DNA of 64,000 bases, from positions 1 to 64,000 of the forward strand of contig QPMI01000280.1 of NCBI GenBank assembly GCA_004431415.1. The letters run 5' to 3'. How positions within the stretch are numbered: the first letter of the stretch is position 1; the number at the start of each line of letters is the position of its first letter. The position numbers and the translations under genes were made by a program. The stretch comes from Cyanophora paradoxa CCMP329. Taxonomy: Eukaryota; Plantae; Glaucophyta. Below, piece by piece: positions 1-12,079 of this stretch. Under the pieces are notes generated by a model. That model was given only the letters and a program-made list of their open reading frames with translations. It made no database searches and was not told where the DNA came from.

Positions 1-3000
1 GATGCATCCGAAATCTCTCTGAGGGAATATGCACAAGGCGCTAGCCTTAGGCAGATGGCCTACCCACTGGCAAATCACTCAGTTGGAGGCCCCAGGTTTC
101 TGATCTGTCAAAAAAAAGAAGGTGGATGCTTCTCAAATCTCTCCAGGGGAATATGCACAAGGCGGTAGCCTTAGGAAGATGAACCCACCCACCAGCAAGT
201 CAATCAGTCGAAGGCCGCAGGTTTCTGATCTGTGACAAAAAAGAAGAAAGATGCACCCCAAATCTCTCTGGGGGAATATGCACAAGGCGCTAGCAAGTCG
301 CCAGAAAATACAAGAAAGATGCACCCCAAATCTCTCTGGGGGAATATGCACAAGGCGCTAGCCTTAGGCAGATGGCCTACCCACTGGCAAATCACTCAGT
401 CCAAGGCCGCAGGTTTCTGATCTGCCACAAAATAGAAGAAAGATGCACCCCAAATCGGAGGCCCCAGGTTTCCGATCCGCAACAAAATAGAAGAAAGATG
501 TACCCCAAATCCCTCTGGGGGAATATGCACAAGGCGCTAGCCTTAGGCAGATGACCCACCCACCAGCAAGTCACTCAGTCCAACTCCGCAGGTTTCCGAT
601 CTGCCACAAAATAGAAGAAACATGCACCCCAAATCTCTCTGGGGGAATATGCACAAGGCGCTAGCCGTAGGCAGATGACCCACCCACCAGCAAGTCACTC
701 AGTCGAAGGCCCCAGGTTTCCGATCTGCCAAAAAGAGAAGAAACATGCACCCCAAATCTCTCTGGGGGAACATGCACAAGGCGCTAGCCTTAGGCAGATG
801 ACCCACCCACCAGCAAGTCAATCAGTCAAAGGCCCCAGGTTTCCCATCTGTGCGCTTCAAATCTCTCTGGGGGATATGCACAAGGCAATAGCCTTAGGCA
901 GATGACCCACCCACCAGCAAGTCACTCAGTCAAAGGCCCCAGGTTTCTGATCCGCCACAAAATAAAAGAAGGATGCACCCCAAATCTCTCTGGGGGAATA
1001 TGCACAAGGCGCTAGCCTTAGGCAGATGACCCACCCACCAGCAAGTCACTCAGTCATAGGCCCCTGGTTTCTCATCTGCCAGAAAATAGAAGAAAGATGC
1101 ACCCCAAATCTCTCTGGGGGAATATGCACAAGGCGCTAGCCTTAGGCAGATGACCCACCCAAAGCACGACACTCAGTCAAAGGCCCCAGGTTTCCGATCT
1201 GCAACAAAAAAGAAGAAAGATGCACCCCAAATCTCTCTGGGGAATATGCACAAGGCGCTAGCAAGTCGCCAGAAATACAAGAAAGATGCACCCCAAATCT
1301 CTCTGGGGAATATGCACAAGGCGCTAGCCTTAGGCAGATGACCCACCCACCAGCAAGTCAATCAGTCAAAGGCCCCAGGTTTCCCATCTGTGCGCTTCAA
1401 ATCTCTCTGGAGGGATATGCACAAGGCAATAGCCTTAGGCAGATGACCCACCCACCAGCAAGTCACTCAGTCAAAGGCCCAGGTTTCTGATCCGCCACAA
1501 AATAACAGAAGGATGCACCCCAAATCTCTCTGGGGGAATATGCACAAGGCGCTAGCCTTAGGCAGATGACCCACCACCAGCAAGTCACTCAGTCATAGGC
1601 CCCTGGTTTCTCATCTGCCAGAAAATAGAAGATGGATGCGCTCCAAATCTCTCTGGGGGAATATGCACAAGGCGCTAGCCTTAGGAAGATTACCCTCCCA
1701 AAAGCAAGTCACTCAGTCGAAGGCCCCAGGTTTCCGATCTGCAACAAAAAAGAAGAAAGATGCACCCCAAATCTCTCTGGGGGAATATGCACAAGGCGCT
1801 AGCAAGTCGCCAGAAAATACAAGAAAGATGCACCCCAAATCTCTCTGGGGGAATATGCACAAGGCGCTAGCCTTAGGCAGATGACCCACCCACCAGCAAG
1901 TCAATCAGTCAAAGGCCCCAGGTTTCCCATCTGTGCGCTTCAAATCTCTCTGGGGGATATGCACAAGGCAATAGCCTTAGGCAGATGACCCACCCACCAG
2001 CAAGTCACTCAGTCAAAGGCCCCAGGTTTCTGATCCGCCACAAAATAAAAGAAGGATGCACCCCAAATCTCTCTGGGGGAATATGCACAAGGCGCTAGCC
2101 TTAGGCAGATGACCCACCCACCAGCAAGTCACTCAGTTATAGGCCCCTGGTTTCTCATCTGCCAGAAAATAGAAGATGGATGCACTCCAAATCTCTCTGG
2201 GGGAATATGCACAAGGCGCTAGCCTTAGGAAGATGACCCTCCCAAAAGCAAGTCACTCAGTCGAAGGCCCCAGGTTTCCGATCTGCAACAAAAAGAAGAA
2301 AGATGCACCCCAAATCTCTCTGGGGGAATATGCACAAGGCGCTAGCCTTAGGAAGATGACCCACCCACCAGCAAGTCACTCAGTCAAAGGCCCCAGGTTT
2401 CCAATCTGCCACAAAATAGAAGAAAGATGCACCCCAAATCTCTCTGGGGGAATATGCACAAGGCGCTAGCCTTAGGCAGATGACCCACCCACCAGCAAGT
2501 CACTCAGTCAAAGGCCCCAGGTTTCCAATCTGCCAAAAAGAAAAGAGAGATGCACCCCAAATTTCTCTGGGGGAATATGCACAAGGCGCTAGCCTTAGGA
2601 AGATGAACCCACCCACCAGCAAGTCACTCAGTCATAGGCCCCTGCTTTCTCATCTGCCAGAAAATAGAAGAAAGATGCACCCCAAATCTCTCTGGGGGAA
2701 TATGCACAAGGCGCTACCCTTAGGAAGATGGCCTACCCACTGGCAAATCACTCAGTCGAAGGCCGCAGGTTTCTGATCTGTGACAAAAAGAAGAAAGATG
2801 CACCCCAAATCGAAGGCCCCAGGTTTCCGATCTGCCAAAAAGAGAAGAAAGATGCACCTCAAATTTCTCTGGGGGACGATGCACAAGGCGCTAGCCTTAG
2901 GCAGATGACCCACCCACCAGCAAGTCACTCAGTCGAAGGCCCCAGGTTTCCGATCTGCCACAAAATAGAAGAAACATGCACCCCAAATCTCTCTGGGGGA

Positions 3001-6000
3001 ATATGCACAAGGCGCTAGCCTTAGGCAGATGACCCACCCACCAGCAAGTCAATCAGTCAAAGGCCCCAGGTTTCCCATCTGTGCGCTTCAAATCTCTCTG
3101 GGGGGATATGCACAAGGCAATAGCCTTAGGCAGATGACCCACCCACCAGCAAGTCACTCAGTCAAAGGCCCCAGGTTTCTCATCCGCCACAAAATAAAAG
3201 AAGGATGCACCCCAAATCTCTCTGGGGGAATATGCACAAGGCGCTAGCCTTAGGCAGATGACCCACCCACCAGCAAGTCACTCAGTCAAAGGCCCCAGGT
3301 TTCCGATCTGCCACAAAATAGAAGAAAAATGCACTCCAAATCTCTCTGGGGGAATATGCACAAGGCGCTAGCCTTAGGAAGATGACCCTCCCAAAAGCAA
3401 GTCACTCAGTCGAAGGCCCCAGGTTTCCGATCTGCAACAAAAAAGAAGAAAGATGCACCCCAAATCTCTCTGGGGGAATATGCACAAGGCGCTAGCCTTA
3501 GGCAGATGACCCACCCACCAGAAAGTCACTCAGTCCAAGGCCCCAGGTTTCTGATCCGCAACAAAATAGAAGAAATATGTACCCCAAATCCCTCTGGGGG
3601 AATATGCACAAGGCGCTAGCCTTAGGCAGAGGACCCACCAACCAGCAAGTCACTCAGTCCAACTCCACAGGTTTCCAATCTGCCACAAAATAGAAGCAAC
3701 ATGCACCCCAAATCTCTCTGGGGGAATATGCACAAGGCGCTAGCCGTAGGCAGATGACCCACCCACCAGCAAGTCACTCAGTCAAAGGCCCCAGGTTTCC
3801 GATCCGCCAAAAAGAGAAGAAAGATGCACCCCAAATTTCTCTGGGGGACGATGCACAAGGCGCTAGCCTTAGGCAGATGACCCACCCACCAGCAAGTCAC
3901 TCAGTCATAGGCCCCTGCTTTCTCATCTGCCAGAAAATAGAAGAAAGATGCACCCCAAATCTCTCTGGGGGAATATGCAAAAGGCGCTAGCCTTGGGCAG
4001 ATGACCCTCCCAGAAGCAAGACACTCAGTCAAAGGCCCCAGGTTTCCGATCTGCCACAAAATAGAAGAAGGATGCGCCCCAAATCTCTCTGGGGGAATAT
4101 GCACAAGGCGCTAGCCGTAGGCAGAGGACCCAACCACCAGCAAGTCACTCAGTCCAACTCCGCAGGTTTCCGATCTGCCACAAAATAGAAGAAACATGCA
4201 CCCCAAATCTCTCTGGGGGAATATGCACAAGGCGCTAGCCGTAGGCAGATGACCCACCCACCAGCAAGTCACTCAGTCGACGGCCCCAGGTTTCCGATCT
4301 GCCAAAAAGAGAAGAAAGATGCACCCCAAATCTCTCTGGGGGAACATGCACAAGGCGCTAGCCTTAGGCAGATGACCCACCCACCAGCAAGTCACTCAGT
4401 CATAGGCCCCTGGTTTCTCATCTGCCAGAAAATAGAAGAAAGATGCACCCCAAATCTCTCTGGGGGAATATGCACAAGGCGCTAGCCTTGGGCAGATGAC
4501 CCTCCCAAAAGCACGACACTCAGTCAAAGGCCCCAGGTTTCCGATCTGCCACAAAATAGAAGAAGGATACACTTCAAATCTCTCTGGGGGAATATGCACA
4601 AGGCGCTAGCCTTAGGCAGATGACCCTCCCAAAAGCAAGACACTCAGTCAAAGGCCCCAGGTTTCCAATCTGCCAAAAATAGAAGAAAGATGCACCCCAA
4701 ATCTCTCTGGGGGAATATGCAAAAGGCGCTAGCCTTAGGCAGATGACCCTCCCAAAAGCAAGTCACTCAGTCAGAGGCCCCAGGTTTCAGAAAGATGCAC
4801 CCCAAATCTCTCTGGGGGAATATGCACAAGGCGCTAGTCTTAGGCAGATGACCCACCCACCAGAAAGTCACTCAGTCGAAGGCCCCAGGTTTCCGATCCG
4901 CAACAAAATAGAAGAAAGATGTACCCCAAATCCCTCTGGGGGAATATGCACAAGGCGCTAGCCTTAGGCAGAGGACTCCCCACCAGCAAGTCACTCAGTC
5001 CAACTCCGCAGGTTTCCGATCTGCCACAAAATAGAAGAAACATGCACCCCAAATCTCTCTGGGGGAATATGCACAAGGCGCTAGCCGTAGGCAGATGACC
5101 CACCCACCAGCAAGTCACTCAGTCGAAGGCCCCAGGTTTCCGATCTGCCAAAAAGAGAAGAAAGATGCACCCCAAATCTCTCTGGGGGAAGATGCACAAG
5201 GCGCTAGCCTTAGGCAGATGACCCACCCACCAGCAAGTCACTCAGTCATAGGCCCCTGGTTTCTCATCTGCCAGAAAATAGAAGAAAGATGCACCCCAAA
5301 TCTCTCTGGGGGAATATGCACAAGGCGCTAGCCTTGGGCAGATGACCCTCCCAAAAGCAAGACACTCAGTCAAAGGCCCCAGGTTTCCGATCTGCCACAA
5401 AATAGAAGAAAGATGCACTTCAAATCTCTCTGGGGGAATATGCACAAGGCGCTAGCCTTAGGCAGATGACCCTCCCAAAGCAAGTCACTCAGTCAGAGGC
5501 CCCAGGTTTCAGAAAGATGCACCCCAAATCTCTCTGGGGGAATATGCACAAGGCGCTAGTCTTAGGCAGATGACCCACCCACCAGAAAGTCACTCAGTCG
5601 AAGGCCCCAGGTTTCCGATCCGCAACAAAATAGAAGAAAGATGTACCCCAAATCCCTCTGGGGGAATATGCACAAGGCGCTAGCCTTAGGCAGAGGACTC
5701 CCCACCAGCAAGTCACTCAGTCCAACTCCGCAGGTTTCCGATCTGCCACAAAATAGAAGAAACATGCACCCCAAATCTCTCTGGGGAATATGCACAAGGC
5801 ACTAGCCGTAGGCAGATGACCCACCCACCAGCAAGTCACTCAGTCGAAGGCCCCAGGTTTCCGATCTGCCAAAAAGAGAAGAAAGATGCACCCCAAATCT
5901 CTCTGGGGAAGATGCACAAGGCGCTAGCCTTAGGCAGATGACCCACCCACCAGCCAGTCACTCAGTCATAGGCCCCTGGTTTCTCATCTGCCAGAAAATA

Positions 6001-7662
6001 GAAGAAAGATGCACCCCAAATCTCTCTGGGGGAATATGCACAAGGCGCTAGCCTTGGGCAGATGACCCTCCCAAAAGCAAGACACTCAGTCAAAGGCCCC
6101 AGGTTTCCGATCTGCCACAAAATAGAAGAAAGATGCACTTCAAATCTCTCTGGGGGAATATGCACAAGGCGCTAGCCTTAGGCAGATGACCCTCCCAAAA
6201 GCAAGTCACTCAGTCATAGGCCCCTGGTTTCTCATCTGCCAGAAAATAGAAGAAAGATGCACCCCAAATCTCTCTGGGGGAATATGCACAAGGCGCTAGT
6301 CTTAGGCAGATGACCCACCCACCAGAAAGTCACTCAGTCGAAGGCCCCAGGTTTCCGATCCGCAACAAATTAGAAGAAAGATGTACCCCAAATCCCTCTG
6401 GGGGAATATGCACAAGGCGCTAGCCTTAGGCAGAGGACCCCCCACCAGCAAGTCACTCAGTCCAACTCCGCAGGTTTCCGATCTGCCACAAAATAGAAGA
6501 AACATGCACCCCAAATCTCTCTGGGGGAATATGCACAAGGCACTAGCCTTAGGCAGATGACCCTCCCACCAGCATATCACTCAGTCGTAGGCCCCAGGTT
6601 TCCGATCCGCAACAAATTAGAAGAAAGATGTACCCCAAATTCCTCTGGGGGAATATGCACAAGGCGCTAGCCTTAGGCAGAGGACTCCCCACCAGCAAGT
6701 CACTCAGTCCAACTCCGCAGGTTTCCGATCTGCCACAAAATAGAAGAAACATGCACCCCAAATCTCTCTGGGGGAATATGCACAAGGCACTAGCCGTAGG
6801 CAGATGACCCACCCACCAGCAAGTCACTCAGTCGAAGGCCCCAGGTTTCCGATCTGCCAAAAAGAGAAGAAAGATGCACCCAAATCTCTCTGGGGGAATA
6901 TGCACAAGGCGCTAGCCTTAGGCAGATGACCCACCCACCAGCCAGTCACTCAGTCATAGGCCCCTGGTTTCTCATCTGCCAGAAAATAGAAGAAAGATGC
7001 ACCCCAAATCTCTCTGGGGGAATATGCACAAGGCGCTAGCCTTGGGCAGATGACCCTCCCAAAAGCAAGACACTCAGTCAAAGGCCCCAGGTTTCCGATC
7101 TGCCACAAAATAGAAGAAAGATGCACTTCAAATCTCTCTGGGGGAATATGCACAAGGCGCTAGCCTTAGGCAGATGACCCTCCCAAAAGCAAGTCACTCA
7201 GTCATAGGCCCCTGGTTTCTCATCTGCCAGAAAATAGAAGAAAGATGCACCCCAAATCTCTCTGGGGGAATATGCACAAGGCGCTAGTCTTAGGCAGATG
7301 ACCCACCCACCAGAAAGTCACTCAGTCGAAGGCCCCAGGTTTCCGATCCGCAACAAATTAGAAGAAAGATGTACCCCAAATCCCTCTGGGGGAATATGCA
7401 CAAGGCGCTAGCCTTAGGCAGAGGACCCCCCACCAGCAAGTCACTCAGTCCAACTCCGCAGGTTTCCGATCTGCCACAAAATAGAAGAAACATGCACCCC
7501 AAATCTCTCTGGGGGAATATGCACAAGGCACTAGCCTTAGGCAGATGACCCACCCACCAGCAAGTCACTCAGTCATAGGCCCCTGGTTTCTCATCTGCCA
7601 GAAAATAGAAGAAAGATGCACCCCAAATCTCTCTGGGTGAATATGCACAAGGCGCTAGCCTT
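1..7662. repeat. 124-bp tandem satellite array (left), with variant and deleted monomers and local higher-order repeats
   Basis: The monomer GAAGAAAGATGCACCCCAAATCTCTCTGGGGGAATATGCACAAGGCGCTAGCCTTAGGCAGATGACCCACCCACCAGCAAGTCACTCAGTCGAAGGCCCCAGGTTTCCGATCTGCCACAAAATA (124 nt counted) repeats head-to-tail. Variant blocks recur at periods of about 540, 720 and 988 bp. Confidence 0.97.
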
Positions 7663-10496
7663 GGGGAACATGCACAAGGCGCTAGCCGTAGGCAGGTGCA
7701 CCCTGCCCAGCAGAGGACCTGTGCGAGGCTCTGCCCATCCAAGTGGGATCTCCACCGAGTGTTTGGGGACTTGAATGTTTCCTGGGTTCACTCCCTCTTA
7801 GCCCTGGTCGGTTTGAATTCCCGTCAGGCCCACAATAGCAAGGTCAGGTGCACACAAAACAATCCAGGGGGAACATGCACAAGGCGCTAGCCTAGGCAGG
7901 TGCACCCTGCCCAGCAGAGGCCCTGTAAGAGGCTCTGCTCTTCCAAGTGGGATCCCCGCCAAGTGTTTGGGGACTTGAATGTTTCCTGGGTTCACTCCCT
8001 CTTAGCCCTGGTCGGTTTGTATTCCTGTTTGGCCCACAACAGCAAGGTCAGGTGCACACAAAAACAATCCAGGTGGAACGTGCACAAGGCGCTAGCCTTA
8101 GGCAGGTGCACCCTGCCCAGCAGAGGCCCTGTAAGAGGCTCTGCCCTTCCAAGTGGGACCCCCGCCGAGCGTTTGGGGACTTGAATGTTTCCTGGGTTCA
8201 CTCCCTCTTCGCCCTGGTCAGTTTGAATTCCCGTCTGGCCACAAAAGCAAGGTCAGGTGCACACAAAACCTTTCCAGGGGGAACATGCACAAGGTGCTAG
8301 CCTTAGGCAGGTGCACCCTGCCCAGCAGAGGCCCGGTACGAGGCTCTGCCCTTCCAAGTAAAATCCCCACCAAGTGTTTGGGGATTTGAATGTTTCCTGG
8401 GTTCACTCCCTCTTAGCGCTGGTCAGTTTGAATTCCCGTCTGGCCCACAAAAGCAAGGACCGGTGCACACAAAACCTTTCCAGGGGGAACATGCACAAGG
8501 CGCTAGCCTAAGGCTGGTGCACCCTGCCCAGCAGAGGCCCTGTACGAGGCTCTGCCCTTCCAAGTGGGATCCCCGCCGAGTGTTTGGGGACTTGAATGTT
8601 TTCTGGGTTCACTCCCTCTTAGCGCTGGTCAGTTTGAATTCCCGTTGGGCCCACAATAGCAAGGTCAGGTGCACACAAAACCTTTCCAGGGGGAACATGC
8701 ACAAGGCGCTAGCTGTAGGCAGGTGCACCCTGCCCAGCAGAGGCCCTGTAAGAGGCTCTGCCCTTCCAAGTGGGATCCCCGCCAAGTGTTTGGGGACTTG
8801 AATGTTTCCTGGGTTCACTCCCTCTTAGCGCTGGTCAGTTTGAATTCCCGTTGGGCCCATAACAGGGAGTCAGGTAGACACAAAACCTTTCTAGGGGGAA
8901 CATGCACAAGGCGCTAGCCTTAGGCAGGTGCACCCTGCCCAGCAGAGGCCCTGTAAGAGGCTCTGCCCTTCCAAGTGGGATCCCTGCCAAGTGTTTGGGG
9001 ACTTGAATGTTTCCTGGGTTCACTCCCTCTTAGCCCTGGTCAGTTTGAATTCCCGTCGGGCCACAAAAGCAAGGTCAGGTGCACACAAAACCTTTCCAGG
9101 GGGAACATGCACAAGGTGCTAGCCTTAGGCAGGTGCACCCTGCCCAGCAGAGGCCCTGTACGAGGCTCTGCCCTTCCAAGTGGGATCCCCGCCGAGTGTT
9201 TGGGGACTTGAATGTTTCCTGGGTTCACTCCCTCTTAGCCCTGGTCAGTTTGAATTCCCGTCGGGCCCACAAAAGCAAGGTCAGGTGCTCACAAAAACAT
9301 TCCAGGGGGAACATGCACAAGGCGCTAGCCTTAGGCTGGTGCACCCTGCCCAGCAAAGGCCCTGTACGAGGCTCTGCCCTTCCAAGTGGGATCCCCGCCG
9401 GGTGTTTGGGGACTTGAATGTTTTCTGGGTTCACTCCCTCTTAGCGCTGGTCAGTTTGAATTCCCGTTGGGCCCACAATAGCAAGGTCAGGTGCACACAA
9501 AACCTTTCCAGGGGGAACATGCACAAGGCGCTAGCCGTAGGCAGGTGCAACCTGCCCAGCAGAGGCCCTGATCCTGAGTGACATTTGATCTTGTGTCCTT
9601 CCTTTTCCCGGGGCAAACCCTGATACCCTCGGGCTGCCCGACAGGGAGCGGGCCGTCACGGGGATTCAGGCCCTTCCTATGTGGCGCCGTCGGGTGTCCA
9701 CATAGGTTGGCTTTCCATTCTGCTGGCGCCCTGGGGGTGGTGGCCCAGGGTCCTGTACGTGGCTTCCACTCACTCCCCACGCTAGTGGGTCCCTGACGGG
9801 CCTTGCACGTCCCATTCGGGGCCTCTGCGGCTTTGTCATACCCAGTCTTGCTGGCGTGGATGTGTCTACTGCATTTCTCTCTCTCTCTCTTGTAAGATGC
9901 TCTGCCCTTCCAAGTGGGATCTCCACCGAGTGTTTGGGGACTTAAATGTTTCCTGGGTTCACTCCCTCTTAGCCCTGATCGGTTTGAATTCCCGTCAGGC
10001 CCACAATAGCAAGGTCAGGTGCACACAAAAACAATCCAGGGGGATCATGCACAAGGCGCTAGCCTTAGGCAGGTGCACCCTGCCCAGCAGAGGCCCTGTA
10101 AGAGGCTCTGCTCTTCCAAGTGGGATCCCCGCCAAGTGTTTGGGGACTTGAATGTTTCCTGGGTTCACTCCCTCTTAGCCCTGATCGGTTTGTATTCCCG
10201 TCAGGCCCACAATAGCAAGGTCAGGTGCACACAAAAACAATCCAGGGGGATCATGCACAAGGCGCTAGCCTTAGGCAGGTGCACCCTGCCCAGCAGAGGC
10301 CCTGTAAGAGGCTCTGCTCTTCCAAGTGGGATCCCCGCCAAGTGTTTGGGGACTTGAATGTTTCCTGGGTTCACTCCCTCTTAGCCCTGGTCGGTTTGTA
10401 TTCCTGTTTGGCCCACAACAGCAAGGTCAGGTGCACACAAAAACAATCCAGGTGGAACATGCACAAGGCGCTAGCCTTAGGCAGGTGCACCCTGCC
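7663..10496. repeat. 206-bp tandem satellite array, interrupted at 9571-9890
   Basis: Head-to-tail ~206-bp unit (...GGGTTCACTCCCTCTTAGCCCTGGTCAGTTTGAATTCCCG...CATGCACAAGGCGCTAGCCTTAGGCAGGTGCACCCTGCCCAGCAGAGG...). The artefactual ORFs recur every 205-206 bp. Confidence 0.97.
9571..9890 (+). mobile_element. 320-bp insertion in the satellite with a (TC)n 3' tail; probable 5'-truncated non-LTR retroelement 3' end
   Basis: The satellite GGCCCTG|TAAGA is split by unique sequence ending TTTCTCTCTCTCTCTCT, with only TG duplicated. The insert starts ATC CTG AGT GAC ATT TGA, a possible ORF end followed by a UTR. Confidence 0.55.
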
Positions 10497-11009
10497 AGCT
10501 GAGCTTGGCGCGGTGTCTCCAACAATTAAATCCGCGAATTCTTACGATTTACCGTAACAGCATCGAATCTAATCGAAAATCACCGTAAGGCTCAGTGTCA
10601 CGATCGATTCATCTTCGATTCATCTTCGATTCACTCGATTCATCTTCGATTCAATCGATTCAATTCAACTTTTTATGCGCGGCTTCTCCCACGATTCCGC
10701 ACGATAGACAGTAAGGAGATCTATTGTACAATCGATTCCGCAAGATAAGCGGCAATGTACAATAGATCTCGCACGATAAACAGTAACAATTCACGTTTTT
10801 TCGTGCGGTGTCTCCCACGATAACAACACGCTTCAATAAAAATAAATCTTACGTCGGGTTTCGCCCTTCCCCCGTCGTTTTCGGTGCAGCAAATGGTTGC
10901 GCAACCATTTTTTTTGGTTGCGCAACCACCGCAACCAGGTCGCGCAACCACCGCAACCAGGTCGCGCAACCATTTTTTTTGGTTGCGCAACCACCCCGCA
11001 ACCATTTTT

Positions 11010-12079
11010 TTATGATCCCCCCCGCTTCGTTACGCCGCTCCTCAGATTGTACCGACGCCTCACGACCCTACTTCGATTGGGTCTGACGCCCTCCTTCGCG
11101 ACCAACCGATTCACCTTATTCGTTTTCTTTACGCGTTCAATGCGCTTTTGCGACGGGATCTTTATGATCTCTTCCTTATTCACCTTCTGTAATTCTTGCT
11201 TCTTAAAGCGCCGCTTTACTTCCTTCTCGTCTCCGTCGTTATCTTCTAAAATCTTGAACCGGTTCCCATCCGACCTTCCCACTTTGTAGACCTTTTGACT
11301 AAAACGGGCGCCCTCTTTGTCGAAGGCACCCACGCGACCCTCCAAAACACGCACTGTGTCGCCCGGTTTCACGGGATTCGTTTCATTCGCCTTCACGTTG
11401 TCGTTGTGAACAGTATCCCGTAGATACACAAAAAGTTGTTTATCTACGTTTGCATACACGGCGTTCGGCGAATCATTCTTTAAGGAACTATGGGGGCTAT
11501 TGTTATAAATCGATAGAACTTCGGGAACCATATCTATCCATTTCGTTGTCCCTTTCGAAGTCATCGACTTGCGTAGATACTGTTTAAAAGTGCGCGTAAA
11601 TCTATCTATGATTCCAAGTTTATTTCCTACGGTTATGTGTTCTTCTTTCGCGACATCTGTATACAACCTCACACCATTCGCATTACACCAATCTCTATAC
11701 ATCGCGCTACTGAATTCATTATCACCTGAGAGTGCAGCAACCATACCCGCTTCCTGTTTGAATTTATTCAGAATATTCGGAATGTCTTCGTTGTTCTTAA
11801 AAGGATACACGAATGCCTTTCGACTTAGAATGTCAACGAAACTGATCATCTTGTAAATACCATTGTTTGCTGTCTGATACCCTTTAAAAAACATAATGTC
11901 TACCTGAAATGAATTCGGTTTCGCGACGATTCTTAAAAATGTGGTGGGTTTTCGGGGTTTCTTAAAAATCTGATGCACTTCGGAATTTAAATATCGCTTT
12001 TCAATTCTTTTTCGTCAAATGTTACATTTTCGTTTATAAGTTTCTGTCGATACTTCTTGTAAGATAGAACGTTGTCCAT
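11010..12079 (-). CDS. Retroviral-like (rve) integrase of Polinton type; one-base frameshift in an A-run near 12000
   Basis: Catalytic motifs are FQVDIMF, SGDNEF and GIIDRFTRTFK, followed by YNNSPHSSL and an SH3-like C-terminus (PGDTVRV...QELQKV). The true start MDNVLSYKKYRQKL at 12079 matches copy 2 MDTVLSYKKYRQKL. The track ORF 11010-11978 lacks this N-terminus. Confidence 0.9.

Noticed and set aside
1-10496. CRISPR-like array (constant palindromic box with intervening sequence)
   Set aside because: The intervening segments are near-identical rather than unique spacers, there are no cas genes, and the context is eukaryotic.
11990-12010. Programmed frameshift in the copy 1 integrase
   Set aside because: Copy 2 reads through this point in one frame. 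A single A lost from a homopolymer is more likely a mutation or consensus error.
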